A stretch of 64,000 nt of DNA, from IMG/VR virus record IMGVR_UViG_3300031420_000003, positions 1 to 64,000 of that record; one strand, given 5' to 3'. The stretch's first letter is position 1, and each line of letters starts with the position of its first letter. The notes beneath the pieces are model-generated. The model had not been told where the DNA came from. It saw nothing but the letters and a program-made list of their open reading frames with translations, and made no database searches. A program made the position numbers and the translations under genes. Shown here piece after piece: positions 47,469 through 57,453 of this stretch. The stretch comes from a virus.

Positions 47469-48830
47469 CTAGGTAACGGGGAAGAACTGGTTCACTAACG
47501 TGTCGGCGCGTTGATAACTGAGGTCACCGGCAGCACACACAAACGGACGCTTCTCAGTCGTTAACAAAGACTGAATCGCATTCACGTTACAGAAGGTGTA
47601 CGGGTAAAGCTCAATCTCATCCGTTTGGCCAACTACATCAGATTTATCCCAGCGGCTATCCAACGCAGTGAATAGGGACAGTAACCGCGCACCGTAATCC
47701 TTAAACGGCGGGTTGGTTTCTGTCTGTAGATTCATCAGTAAGTTCACAATCACCTCTGCCGAGATTAACGCCTTGTCACTCTCGGTGAGTTTGGTGAGGT
47801 AGAACTCCACGGACTTCAGGCTACCCAATGCTGATGCTTGCACCGTAAGCTCACGGTACATCTGCGCTTGAACAACCGGGTCAACAATGGACTCCACCAA
47901 CGGGGTGATCTTCTGCGGTAGGTCGTAGGTTGCCAACTTACTGGACAGACCGTAAACCAACGCCGAGGTGGTACCCACATCCATGACGCGGTACTCATCC
48001 CCGTAACTGCCCTCGTTACCCGGACTGCGAAAACTGCTGATGAAGTTATTGATGGAGAGGTAGTCATCCAAATCCTTGTAGGAGTTGAACGTCTGCTTGG
48101 CCCCATCGACAACCGACTGCACCTGATACTTGGCCTGATTGAAGTCACTTACGTAGCCGTTAATCTCTTGTTGCACTTCGCCCGGCAGGCGAGAGATTTG
48201 ACCGGCCATGTCCATGGTTTGTTCAATGCGGGATTTCACCGACGCGTAGTCAGTGCCTACGGCCGCCAGACCTTTATCACGCAAAGAGGTGAGGGTGCTG
48301 AAGCCTTCGCCAAGCAAGCCGGATATCTTGCTCGGTTTAAGGTAATCCAAAGCACTCTTCGCCTGGCTATTCGCCGCCTCAAACGGTTTTTCGACTTCAC
48401 GCTTTAACGGGTCAATGCTTGGGAGGACTTTCTTAGGGTCAGTAGCCAGTCCGGGTATTTTATTACCGGGAGATGCACCACTGGCTCCAGACCCGGCGGT
48501 CTTAGTCCCGCCAGTGCTAGCGATGTCCCCACCGCCAAAGAGATTGCCGATTTTTGACCCAAGCGATGATGCTCCACCCTTAAGTTTATCGACTGTCGCC
48601 CCTGCTTTGTTGAACGTTTCGCCTGCTTTGTCATAGAGACCTGTCGCTGTATCCACCGCGTTCTTCACGCCACGCTCGGCGCTGTCCACGGTATTGGTGA
48701 CGCGGGAGACCGCTTGCTGAGCACCCTGTTGGACGCGGTCCACAGTGTTACCCACCTGATTGACACGATCGGTCGCTGCGGACTGCACCTTGGTGATGCG
48801 TCCCGTTAAACTCGAATCACTCGGGTTCAT
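47469..48830 (-). CDS. Probable virion protein with an N-terminal low-complexity amphipathic helical region
   Basis: AGGAG SD before MNPSD; A/T/S/G/Q-rich helical repeats. Confidence 0.65.
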   Translation of the reverse strand: MNPSDSSLTGRITKVQSAATDRVNQVGNTVDRVQQGAQQAVSRVTNTVDSAERGVKNAVDTATGLYDKAGETFNKAGATVDKLKGGASSLGSKIGNLFGGGDIASTGGTKTAGSGASGASPGNKIPGLATDPKKVLPSIDPLKREVEKPFEAANSQAKSALDYLKPSKISGLLGEGFSTLTSLRDKGLAAVGTDYASVKSRIEQTMDMAGQISRLPGEVQQEINGYVSDFNQAKYQVQSVVDGAKQTFNSYKDLDDYLSINNFISSFRSPGNEGSYGDEYRVMDVGTTSALVYGLSSKLATYDLPQKITPLVESIVDPVVQAQMYRELTVQASALGSLKSVEFYLTKLTESDKALISAEVIVNLLMNLQTETNPPFKDYGARLLSLFTALDSRWDKSDVVGQTDEIELYPYTFCNVNAIQSLLTTEKRPFVCAAGDLSYQRADTLVNQFFPVT

Positions 48831-49644
48831 TCTTATTACTCCTGAAAGACAATGTGGTGATGTCAACCTCGAAGTAAACCTCGACATCCGGTTGTCCCGG
48901 AACGTGAGTTAAGAATGTGCATTCGAACTTCCGCACATCGATAGCTTTCAGCGCTTCTAAGAAACGTTTCCAGCTGAGCTTCTTGGTGTGGCGAATAGAC
49001 TGTTGCAGGTTATGTCGCCGGTCACTACGACGGCTGGTAATCTGTGGACAGTTCTGTGGGTTGTTCACGTACTTGGCAACCAGTTGTCGCCACTGCGACT
49101 CCGTTATCCCGTACGCCGCAAACAACGACCACAACACCTTTAACAGAATATGCTCCATGACCTGCTCAGCAGTCTGTTGCGTGTTCTGAAAGTAAAGGTT
49201 CAACGCATCAGAAGCACTGCCACGCAAGTCCTCATCATCTTCACCGTTCAGGGTGCGTAATAAGTCACGTTGCGGATGACAATAGCCCTTAGCCATACGG
49301 TGGTCTTCAAAGCGCCCTCGGTAAGTTTTGATGGACATGGTCAACGTCTCCACATTCACCAACACCAACCCTTCGATAAATCGCTTCCACGTAAAGTCCA
49401 CACTGAGCCCTTTGACGTTACCGCCCGACAAGGCATTCGCCAGTCGACCTAAACGTTCACGAGGTTCTGCTGTGGACTTCCCAACGTACTGGGGATTCTC
49501 GACGTACTGCTGCGCGAGTATCTTCCAGTCCGAGTGGGAGATTGGCATAAGGTTAACAAGCTTCCAGTAAGCCGACCGGAGTTCAACACCTGCTGGGGTA
49601 TCCTCTGGTGGCCCGTTAAGGATGAAGTCTGATATCTTTCCCAT
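48817..49644 (-). CDS. Hypothetical protein with an internal two-domain duplication
   Basis: W..L...YV.NPQ...WKRF.E.L occurs twice. Confidence 0.75.
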   Translation of the reverse strand: MGKISDFILNGPPEDTPAGVELRSAYWKLVNLMPISHSDWKILAQQYVENPQYVGKSTAEPRERLGRLANALSGGNVKGLSVDFTWKRFIEGLVLVNVETLTMSIKTYRGRFEDHRMAKGYCHPQRDLLRTLNGEDDEDLRGSASDALNLYFQNTQQTAEQVMEHILLKVLWSLFAAYGITESQWRQLVAKYVNNPQNCPQITSRRSDRRHNLQQSIRHTKKLSWKRFLEALKAIDVRKFECTFLTHVPGQPDVEVYFEVDITTLSFRSNKNEPE

Positions 49645-49678
49645 TTTACACCTTGTTCCAAGGAGCGGATGGATTAAG

Positions 49679-50203
49679 TTAGAGATAGTGTTCCACTATG
49701 GTTTCTAACTCGCGCAGGATGTGTGCTGTTTGGTTTAAGAACACATCCCGTTCTGGGCTGTCACTTTCATTCTCTTTGAACGACGTGAACACTGCCCACG
49801 CCCGAACGAGCTTTCCGCGCACCACGTCTTCACGTGAGGTCTGGAAATAATCGTCAAGCCATTTCTGTTCGTCGGTGTCTAATTTCTTAGACAGGGTCGA
49901 CGGTAACACAGACCATTCCGGGTAATTCCCCGGGGAGGCCAACACACGGTTATACTCCATGAACAAGAACTCAAGACGAGCGATGAGGATATCCATGGTT
50001 TGAGTACGCATGGCGATCGTTCCCTGCAACGACAGCGGCAGGTAGTTTTCACTATTATACTCAAGCGGTGCTGTAAGCAATTCTAAGCCTACGAGCACAC
50101 GGTTCAGCCTGTTAGGGGTATTCTTATGGTACTCGGCCTCTAACATGCTTCTGCGGCGTTTAAATGCCTTTGATTTAATAACACGCGAAAGCCAGTTTAA
50201 CAT
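49679..50203 (-). CDS. Hypothetical protein (174 aa)
   Basis: AGGA SD; downstream of a promoter motif. Confidence 0.7.
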   Translation of the reverse strand: MLNWLSRVIKSKAFKRRRSMLEAEYHKNTPNRLNRVLVGLELLTAPLEYNSENYLPLSLQGTIAMRTQTMDILIARLEFLFMEYNRVLASPGNYPEWSVLPSTLSKKLDTDEQKWLDDYFQTSREDVVRGKLVRAWAVFTSFKENESDSPERDVFLNQTAHILRELETIVEHYL

Positions 50204-50246
50204 GGTCGATTTTCCTAAAACATAATTACCTCAGTGTGATATATCT

Positions 50247-50265
50247 CACTTTGATAACATCTATC
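50247..50265 (-). promoter_or_regulatory. Phage promoter motif variant GATAGATGTTAT-N4-GTG
   Basis: One mismatch to the other four copies, same spacing to GTG. Confidence 0.6.
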
Positions 50266-50290
50266 TGAAACCTGATTGAAGAGGTACGCG

Positions 50291-50764
50291 ATGAGCGGAG
50301 AAGAAATTCCAGCCGAGGTGATTGTCGGCTTTAATGGTGACATTACTAACGAGGACGATGCGCTCCGCTTTACACAACTGGCGCGTATGTTTGCGTTAAA
50401 TCAGGTGTTGGGCATCAAGGACATGGGCACCGACCCTAAAGCCGTCTCGTCACTGGCGAAACTTGCCGACGGCATGGATAAACAAATCCTGACCCTGCGT
50501 CGTATCGCTACGGCACAGAAGGCAAATGAAATCAGCAGCGATGTGGCAAACACCCTGAACCAATGGGTGACTGGCAAGGCGGGTGCAAAAATACAGCGCC
50601 ACGACGCCCCCAGTAGCGACACCGGTTACCGACCCGTCATTCCCGTGTTACCCAGTAAGGTACACAAAGAAGGGGAACTGGCACCGGTGGGCACACAAGT
50701 GGACGTCGAAGCTATCATGCGGACGGCGTTTTCTCAGCGTCCGATTGATGAGGACGACGACTAA
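50291..50764 (+). CDS. Hypothetical protein
   Basis: GAGG SD before MSGEE. Confidence 0.7.
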   Translation: MSGEEIPAEVIVGFNGDITNEDDALRFTQLARMFALNQVLGIKDMGTDPKAVSSLAKLADGMDKQILTLRRIATAQKANEISSDVANTLNQWVTGKAGAKIQRHDAPSSDTGYRPVIPVLPSKVHKEGELAPVGTQVDVEAIMRTAFSQRPIDEDDD

Positions 50765-51443
50765 ACAGCGCTGTATCAAATACGTCTAACGTGACGTATT
50801 CCGCCATAAACCGGGTCGACTCCACAAAGGGGTTGGCTCGGTCTTTTTTTATTGTTGCCACCGTCTCTTCGGTGAGCTCATCGGTTAAGAGGCTCGGACG
50901 GTTAATCACGAAATCAGGAATACGCGTTTTGTTAAAGTGGTTGACGTTTTGTCGAATCCACAAAAACCAATCGTAGGTATACCACGCATCCCATGCGGCA
51001 CGTAAGCGTCCCGGTGTGAGGTAGGTATAGCTTTCACACACGACATTCACCTTGACGTTGTCAAAGAAACGACGGAACATCTCCAAGAAAGTCTGACGTT
51101 CTTGCTCGGTTAAGTCCGTGTACGGCCAAAGGTTAATCGTGAGTTCTGGTTTTTCAATCGGCGAGGAGAGCGCAATGGTCAACAGCTCCTGCTCGATATA
51201 CCCCTTCATTACTTGTAGCAACGGGGTGGGCTCTGCATTCATCAAAGCCAGTTTTGTGCGTGACCGATAAGAACGTGGCCAGTCTTCAATACCAATAACC
51301 GCCGCCCATGCTTCCGTAAAACGTTTCACGTAAGCTTGCTCATCCAAGAGCGCGAGCTTTTCAGGCTGAGTGGCCTTGACATGTCCCAGTCGTGTATCAA
51401 AGAACACATCAATGTCCGCTAAGATGCGGCGAGTTAATTTCAT
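50715..51443 (-). CDS. Hypothetical protein with a HAD-like N-terminal DxD strand
   Basis: ILADIDVFFDTR; ATGA coupling to the upstream RNAP gene. Confidence 0.65.
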   Translation of the reverse strand: MKLTRRILADIDVFFDTRLGHVKATQPEKLALLDEQAYVKRFTEAWAAVIGIEDWPRSYRSRTKLALMNAEPTPLLQVMKGYIEQELLTIALSSPIEKPELTINLWPYTDLTEQERQTFLEMFRRFFDNVKVNVVCESYTYLTPGRLRAAWDAWYTYDWFLWIRQNVNHFNKTRIPDFVINRPSLLTDELTEETVATIKKDRANPFVESTRFMAEYVTLDVFDTALFSRRPHQSDAEKTPSA

Positions 51444-52111
51444 TGGGGTCGTCCGAGGTTGTTGCCAATGTGCATCTGTTTGTAGTAGGCACTCCACGTT
51501 CGGGTGCTCTTCGCACTCGTCCGCTCAGCCCCTTCAATGTGGATACGACCTTGGCCGGTTTGACGAATGGATTGGTAGAACGCACGTTGAAGTGCATCGT
51601 TACCACCACGCGCGTGCAGGAACTCTTGCAGGGTCTCATCGAGACCGTCGGCAAACATCACGTACGCTTCGGGGAAAGAGACCCCGGAGGCTTTAGAAGG
51701 TCCAACCACCTGACCGGAAAGCTTGTCACGCACTTTATCGTTCTTCGCCACAGCCATCTTCTTCTCTTGCATCTGCGTCTGACGACGAGCAGGTACCGGG
51801 AAGTAAAGGTGTGGGTGTCGGGTACGGTGCTTAAGCCCAGTCTTCGAGTCGGTGAACCACATACGCTGGTTCATGTCCAAGCCCAATGCTTTGGCAATCT
51901 CCACGTTACGCATGTGGTCGATGCTTACCTTGCTACCCGCTGGGTTATAAATCGGGATACCATTTTTCGGGATGGTCGCAAAGTCTTCATCAGACATACG
52001 CGTAAACGCTTTGGCCATGGCATTGCCATTGATGCCGGAGGTGTCAATCAGATTCAGCAGGTCCAGTATGAATTTCTCCGCCGCCTTGCGACGTACCGGA
52101 TTGAGCTTCAT
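51440..52111 (-). CDS. Virion RNA polymerase beta C-terminal subunit (phiKZ gp149-like)
   Basis: DKLSGQVVGPSKASGVSFPE...LQEFLHARGGND parallels the beta C-terminal QP..G.....G.R.GEME...L.E.LT.KSD region; next to UvsX. Confidence 0.7.
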   Translation of the reverse strand: MKLNPVRRKAAEKFILDLLNLIDTSGINGNAMAKAFTRMSDEDFATIPKNGIPIYNPAGSKVSIDHMRNVEIAKALGLDMNQRMWFTDSKTGLKHRTRHPHLYFPVPARRQTQMQEKKMAVAKNDKVRDKLSGQVVGPSKASGVSFPEAYVMFADGLDETLQEFLHARGGNDALQRAFYQSIRQTGQGRIHIEGAERTSAKSTRTWSAYYKQMHIGNNLGRPQ

Positions 52112-52404
52112 GACGCAGTCCGAAACTGAATGGCGACACGCAGGTGAGGCAGAGTGGCGTTCTCCAAGTCCTCAATCCAATACGCAATCGCTTCGTTGTT
52201 TTCGGGCACAGACGGATAGCCCCAGACATCCGGGATACCGCTGGTGCGCAGCAACTCCTGATAAAAAGAAACCACCTGAGGACAAAAGGTCCCAAGTGAT
52301 TCCGCTGGTGCGGCAAAGCGCGCGACCAGAGCATCGGCAGCATTCGGATCAATGCTACGCAAGCCCTGTTCAAGGCGCTGAATAATGACTCGTTGATACT
52401 GCAT
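52108..52404 (-). CDS. Small hypothetical protein
   Basis: GGAGG SD; coupled to the next gene. Confidence 0.7.
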   Translation of the reverse strand: MQYQRVIIQRLEQGLRSIDPNAADALVARFAAPAESLGTFCPQVVSFYQELLRTSGIPDVWGYPSVPENNEAIAYWIEDLENATLPHLRVAIQFRTAS

Positions 52405-52449
52405 CGTTTCCTCCAATACGGGGCGGCTTTATTACCGCCCCGCGTAGGG

Positions 52450-53940
52450 TTACTTTTTGCGAGTCAGGAATTTAGGAACACAGTCATCGTCAACTGCCAT
52501 GGCCAGTAAGCTCATAGCTGTCAGCGTGCGTTTCCCGCCCTTCTCTTCTTGGTCTTTGAACATCCAGTATTCCACTGTGTTGTCCATGATTTCATCCCAG
52601 TCCCATCCTTTATCAGCGATGGCTTTGTACAGCATGTCCGGGGCGACGTCGGCGTATTTGATTTCCAGCTTGTGGAAGTTGTTACGCATGTACGCCATTG
52701 CGGCTGTGATTTCCAACGCACGACGCAGGCGTGGGTTTTCATCGATCATGTCGCGAATGGTGGTACGCATGAACTTGACACCCGGTAACAGGTGGAGCTC
52801 ATAGTTAGCGCCTGAACGGGTGTAGCCGTAGTCACTGCTCAGCGTTTTAGAGATGTAATGCCACAACGATAAATGATAGAAGAAGCCCAGTGACTGAGAG
52901 AAGATAAGCTCAAACTTAACACCGGTTGGACCACCCTTGGCACGGAACTGCGTGTAGCGAACCAGTTTCAAGTCATTGGCTGACGAGTTCATGGTACGTG
53001 AACGTGCCGTTGGGTACATCGGTTCGTTCGTGGCCGTCTTCGCATCGTAAGAACTGTCGGCTTTCAGCTCACCGGTTTTGGTGGCGACAATCAGACTGTT
53101 CGTTAAGAAGGAAATCGCACGACGTGGTACGTTTGAGAACTTCAACTCACCGGAGATATCATCCAGCAGTTTATCCGCAGACGGCTTACCGCCGTTCTTC
53201 ATTGCCCCACCCATGTCGTCAGCTAAGTGTACGACAAAGCCCATGTACATGTGACCGCGCGCCAGACCTGCCGGCCAACGTCCCATCATGTTCGACTTCT
53301 GCAGTGAGTCGTGGGCGTTCAGGATGTTCTGATCAGAATCACCCACATCGGTCTTGGCGTGTTTGCCTTCGATATCGGAGGTGTGGAATTCTGACAGGGA
53401 GTCGATGGTATAGAACCACGGGTCAAGCATCATTTTGTTCTGACGACGAACCGGGTCTGGGAATGGCGACTCACGGACGTCTTTCTTCTTGACGTAATCG
53501 GAGAACCGCTTTTCAATTTCTTTGCGAATGTAGTCCGAGTAATACTGCTCGCCCGGTAACATATCGGATGCCACGAAGTTATAACGCCCTTCGTCAATCA
53601 TGGACAGTACGCTGGTACCGTCTTCGATTCCCGACGCTCGTTGAGCTGACAGGTAACCGGTTTCTAAACGGTCTAAGGCCGCGGACACTTCGGTGTCGTA
53701 CTTCGAACCCCACGCCGCACGGTAGCGCAGCATTATTTGGAATATGCAGAAGTCAAGCAGCGTACTCTTAAAGCTATTACCACGTCCTGAGAAGCCCATG
53801 ATGTGTGCAAAGCCGCCGTTGAGGTAATACAGACCGTCTGCGCCACGCTCATAACCACCCAAAGCGTGGTCCATGATTGTATAGACGTTAAAGCGAGGGC
53901 GAATTACCTCACCCACTACTTGGTTAGCTGGACCTGCCAT
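52450..53940 (-). CDS. uvsX: UvsX/RecA-like recombinase (phiKZ gp152-like)
   Basis: Walker A GRGNSFKST, YDTE, Walker B YTIDSL. Confidence 0.8.
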   Translation of the reverse strand: MAGPANQVVGEVIRPRFNVYTIMDHALGGYERGADGLYYLNGGFAHIMGFSGRGNSFKSTLLDFCIFQIMLRYRAAWGSKYDTEVSAALDRLETGYLSAQRASGIEDGTSVLSMIDEGRYNFVASDMLPGEQYYSDYIRKEIEKRFSDYVKKKDVRESPFPDPVRRQNKMMLDPWFYTIDSLSEFHTSDIEGKHAKTDVGDSDQNILNAHDSLQKSNMMGRWPAGLARGHMYMGFVVHLADDMGGAMKNGGKPSADKLLDDISGELKFSNVPRRAISFLTNSLIVATKTGELKADSSYDAKTATNEPMYPTARSRTMNSSANDLKLVRYTQFRAKGGPTGVKFELIFSQSLGFFYHLSLWHYISKTLSSDYGYTRSGANYELHLLPGVKFMRTTIRDMIDENPRLRRALEITAAMAYMRNNFHKLEIKYADVAPDMLYKAIADKGWDWDEIMDNTVEYWMFKDQEEKGGKRTLTAMSLLAMAVDDDCVPKFLTRKK

Positions 53941-54042
53941 CGAAAGCTCCGTGTTTATTAGGTTTGTGTTCTACATAAAGACACAGCGACACGTAAAAAG
54001 ACTTACTATGTAGCCCCATTCCCCCGTCTCCGAGGAAGTATA

Positions 54043-54798
54043 ATGACACTGAATCCCATCGCCGCGCTCCAAGCATTTGCTTCCAAAGCGTCGGTTATCT
54101 TACCCAAAGGTTTTACCAATAACGACCAAGAGCTGGCGCTGACTACGTACGACGATATGTCGAACATGGCCAACTGGATGCAAAAGGAAAAGTTCCTGAA
54201 CTTCCAAGGGATGCTGGTTCCGGTACCACCGGGCTTCAACGCCTACGTCATGGACCACCTGCAACGACTGGAATCTGTGTGGGATGTGCTGCAAGACATT
54301 CTGCCGGGTGTGCTGCAGCCGGTTGACAAACTGCTGTCTGGTCTGACACACCAGAAAGGGATGATGACCCTGCCTGTGGGCTTTCGCTACAAAGACTTCA
54401 AATACCCACTGAAGAACATTGACCCGCAGGACTTGGTGAACAAGCTCGCCCAGTCGTACACCAACAACGTGATTGACCAGCGTGCGATTGAGAAGACTTA
54501 CCACAGTGCCAGTGAAGTCGACGCCACCTTTAACCGTGCCCGTTCACTGCGTGCGGACATCAGTAAGAAGTTGCGTAAAGATGTCTCTCGCCTGATTGAG
54601 TCCATCTCGGCCTCGGCTGAAGCACTGGTTGACCAAGAAGCCCATCCGCAGGTCGTCGAGCAACTCACCCTTGCCCTTGACATGGCGTCAAGCTGGGTTG
54701 AACTGTTTGGCCTGTTCATGAAGCAGACCAACGAAATGCTGGAAGCACTGAACGCCACGGCCGATCGCCTGAAAGCATTGCGCGAAGGCAAAAAATAA
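54043..54798 (+). CDS. Probable virion protein (251 aa, helical)
   Basis: GAGG SD, TATG at about 54007, divergent from uvsX. Confidence 0.65.
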   Translation: MTLNPIAALQAFASKASVILPKGFTNNDQELALTTYDDMSNMANWMQKEKFLNFQGMLVPVPPGFNAYVMDHLQRLESVWDVLQDILPGVLQPVDKLLSGLTHQKGMMTLPVGFRYKDFKYPLKNIDPQDLVNKLAQSYTNNVIDQRAIEKTYHSASEVDATFNRARSLRADISKKLRKDVSRLIESISASAEALVDQEAHPQVVEQLTLALDMASSWVELFGLFMKQTNEMLEALNATADRLKALREGKK

Positions 54799-54810
54799 AA
54801 AAGTAAAAAG

Positions 54811-54848
54811 AAGTACCCTACTCCAAGCGGAGTAGGGTGACTTTTATT
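54811..54848. terminator. Bidirectional terminator (conserved family)
   Basis: aagtaccctactcc-aagc-ggagtagggtgacttttatt. Confidence 0.8.
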
Positions 54849-55338
54849 TGTTTGTTGCAATGACAATTGCCGCTTTTAGCGCGTCGTTGATTTCAGCGTT
54901 GACTGCACGGATTAACTCATCGCGGAACGATTCCAGCTCCACGTAGAGGTCATCCATTACTTTCTCGTCAAACAGCGCGTACTCAAGCTCGGTCTTTTCA
55001 TCGAAGTCAACCAACTCCCGCACCACATCCATGCTACAGGTGTTCATCAACCGCGTGACCGGGTCTTCCTGATGCGCTCGTAACAACTCCGTGTTAAAGC
55101 AGGCTAGCTGAGAATTAATGAGGGTGTGAAAATGCCCAAACGCATTCATCAGTATCCCACTCAGATGGGCTTCGTACGTCTTCGAGTTGAAGTAGTCGGC
55201 ATTGTCTCTGACTACCGAACGCTCATGCGACTTCACCAACAACCGATGGTACGCCAGTGTCCTTTCCAGCACACCTTCGAAACCGATACTGAAGGTGTCG
55301 TAGATGTTGGTGGTGTTCATGTCTACGTAGATACGCAT
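54844..55338 (-). CDS. Hypothetical helical protein (paralog array)
   Basis: AAGGA SD; starts MRIYVDM. Confidence 0.75.
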   Translation of the reverse strand: MRIYVDMNTTNIYDTFSIGFEGVLERTLAYHRLLVKSHERSVVRDNADYFNSKTYEAHLSGILMNAFGHFHTLINSQLACFNTELLRAHQEDPVTRLMNTCSMDVVRELVDFDEKTELEYALFDEKVMDDLYVELESFRDELIRAVNAEINDALKAAIVIATNK

Positions 55339-55341
55339 GTG

Positions 55342-55818
55342 TTATCCTTTCACAAGCCGAAGCGACGATTGAACAGCACGCGTCACTTCGCCCTCCAGTA
55401 GTGCTTGCATTCTCGTCTGGGCCTGCTTCACCGTTGCGATAAACTGCTGCTTCTCTTTCTCGTTAAACATGGTTGAGACGTTGAGCTTACCTTCCCGAAC
55501 CTCGTATAGGATTCTTTCCAACGCGAGTTCGTTCAGTCCCCAAAACGCCATCCAGAGTTTATCGAGTCTGTACGACAGATCATCTTGCTTTTCCACCACC
55601 AACGGTTTTCCGCAGAATACCTGACGGTACGGCTCTGCTAAAATCCGCGCCCAACGGTATGCGGCATTGGCGATACGTTTGTGGGGTTTACCTTTTGCAA
55701 ACTCCTCAAAGGTCATCGCCTTTTGCAGCATAGTCTCGAACTCAGCGCAAAGTCCAAACAGTTCCCTGTTGATTTTATTCTTCAGTTTCGGTGAAGCACA
55801 GCTAACATGGATAGCCAT
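55342..55818 (-). CDS. Hypothetical helical protein (paralog array)
   Basis: GAGGAG SD; starts MAIHVS. Confidence 0.7.
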   Translation of the reverse strand: MAIHVSCASPKLKNKINRELFGLCAEFETMLQKAMTFEEFAKGKPHKRIANAAYRWARILAEPYRQVFCGKPLVVEKQDDLSYRLDKLWMAFWGLNELALERILYEVREGKLNVSTMFNEKEKQQFIATVKQAQTRMQALLEGEVTRAVQSSLRLVKG

Positions 55819-55826
55819 AACCCTCC

Positions 55827-56300
55827 TCACTTCTTAAAGAGTGTCCACGCTTTCTCAAAGACATTCTCGAGCTCGGCCGTGAGGGTCTGGAGCAAACCTC
55901 GATAACCCGCCTCCGCCCGCTCGGTAAGCAACTCCATAACCATGGGGTCGTATACCGGGCAGTTCAGCTCTAAGACGTTTCGACGCATGGTAGCCGGGGT
56001 CACCTCAAAGAGGGGCGTAAACTCTTTCACGCACCAGTCTAAGCTGTCCCCACTATCAAGCGTCTTTTCATCGAGTAGCCACAGCTTGTGTTGCACCGAG
56101 TTCAGAAACTCTGTCCAACCCGACGCCAAAGCGTCGGACAGCTTGTTGACGAAGTCGTAGTTATCGAACTCCTTAACTCTATCCGGCTCCTCTTGCATGG
56201 CGTCAATCAGAAACTGACGACCGAACACCACGATATCCCGACGCTGCTCACCGATGGTCTTTAAGACGTCGTCGGTATCAAACGAGACATAGATGCGCAT
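55827..56300 (-). CDS. Hypothetical helical protein (paralog array)
   Basis: Starts MRIYVSF. Confidence 0.75.
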   Translation of the reverse strand: MRIYVSFDTDDVLKTIGEQRRDIVVFGRQFLIDAMQEEPDRVKEFDNYDFVNKLSDALASGWTEFLNSVQHKLWLLDEKTLDSGDSLDWCVKEFTPLFEVTPATMRRNVLELNCPVYDPMVMELLTERAEAGYRGLLQTLTAELENVFEKAWTLFKK

Positions 56301-56938
56301 CAGTCGTCCTTATTCAGCGTCTCTTTCAGCTCTTCGATCGCATCCGCGGCAGGCGGTGTCAGTTCGAGGTCAACGTTGGACTCATCCAGATGGATATCGG
56401 CTTTAGGCTCCGCAGGGACAATGGGCTTCCCATTGACGTCAAAGGTGAAACGCAAAGTGACCGATTTGATTTCTTCGGCCACTGCACCCCACAGCTCACC
56501 CGTGATTTCTTTTACGCGCGTGTCGGCCATTTCGATGAAGTTCTCAATCTCTTCTTCTTTAAGATTGATAACATGCGAATCGCCGGCCGAATCTTCGAAC
56601 TGTACGGTTGGACGTGCCCGCATGTCCTTGGCCCATTTGTCGCGAACGTTTGCCGCATTACCATCGACGGCGAAGATGTCAACGGTTTCGTCAATGACGC
56701 CGTTAAGCTGATCGCTTTTGTCGAAGTGGAACTCCAGCAGGGTGTCTTGCAGCTTCGACATCCCTTCCATGATCGGCATCAGTACGGCAACAGCCGCCTG
56801 ACGGATAACCGGGCCTTTGTCAGGCTGGGAGGCGTAGTGATGGGCAATGATGTGCTCGACATCGTCGTACATCGACATCATCAGCGCTGGCCACATTTTA
56901 CGGTTTTCATCGGTAGTCAGATTCAGATACAATTTCAT
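56300..56938 (-). CDS. Hypothetical helical protein (paralog array)
   Basis: AAGGA SD; starts MKLYLNL. Confidence 0.75.
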   Translation of the reverse strand: MKLYLNLTTDENRKMWPALMMSMYDDVEHIIAHHYASQPDKGPVIRQAAVAVLMPIMEGMSKLQDTLLEFHFDKSDQLNGVIDETVDIFAVDGNAANVRDKWAKDMRARPTVQFEDSAGDSHVINLKEEEIENFIEMADTRVKEITGELWGAVAEEIKSVTLRFTFDVNGKPIVPAEPKADIHLDESNVDLELTPPAADAIEELKETLNKDD

Positions 56939-56947
56939 GATTAATCC

Positions 56948-57442
56948 TTAACGGTTAAAGTAGATGATCAGTTGCTCACTACGTGCGGCAGTGGTCCGGT
57001 AACAACGCATGATGAACTCATGCAAAAGCTGCTCGAGATACCGGGTCAGTTTGCGACAGCGGCCGATTTCAAAGAATTCACGGGTATTGAAATCAGCTTC
57101 GCCGATCGTCATGCGAAACGGCGATGGGAACTCGCCGTCCACATCGCATTCTTCTAACAGTTCGTTTACGCGTTCAGTGATGTCGGTTGGACACACCGCG
57201 ACGGTCAGGCTAAACCCCACGTCAATCACGACGACTTTGTTGACCAGCATCGTTAACGCACGGTGATAGGGAGCCAGCATCATCGTAGCTTCAGCCACAA
57301 AGGAAGCCCCCTCTGGCAGTTCGATGCCGCGGTTTTCTAACTCATCTTCGATGGCTTGGACAACGGTTTTCTCCCACGCCTCCGAAAGCTCCTTTACCAC
57401 ACTTTGACTTTCGGTATCAACGAGATCAATGACTAATCGCAT
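56948..57442 (-). CDS. Hypothetical helical protein (paralog array)
   Basis: Starts MRLVIDL. Confidence 0.75.
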   Translation of the reverse strand: MRLVIDLVDTESQSVVKELSEAWEKTVVQAIEDELENRGIELPEGASFVAEATMMLAPYHRALTMLVNKVVVIDVGFSLTVAVCPTDITERVNELLEECDVDGEFPSPFRMTIGEADFNTREFFEIGRCRKLTRYLEQLLHEFIMRCYRTTAARSEQLIIYFNR

Positions 57443-57453
57443 GTTACTTCCCC

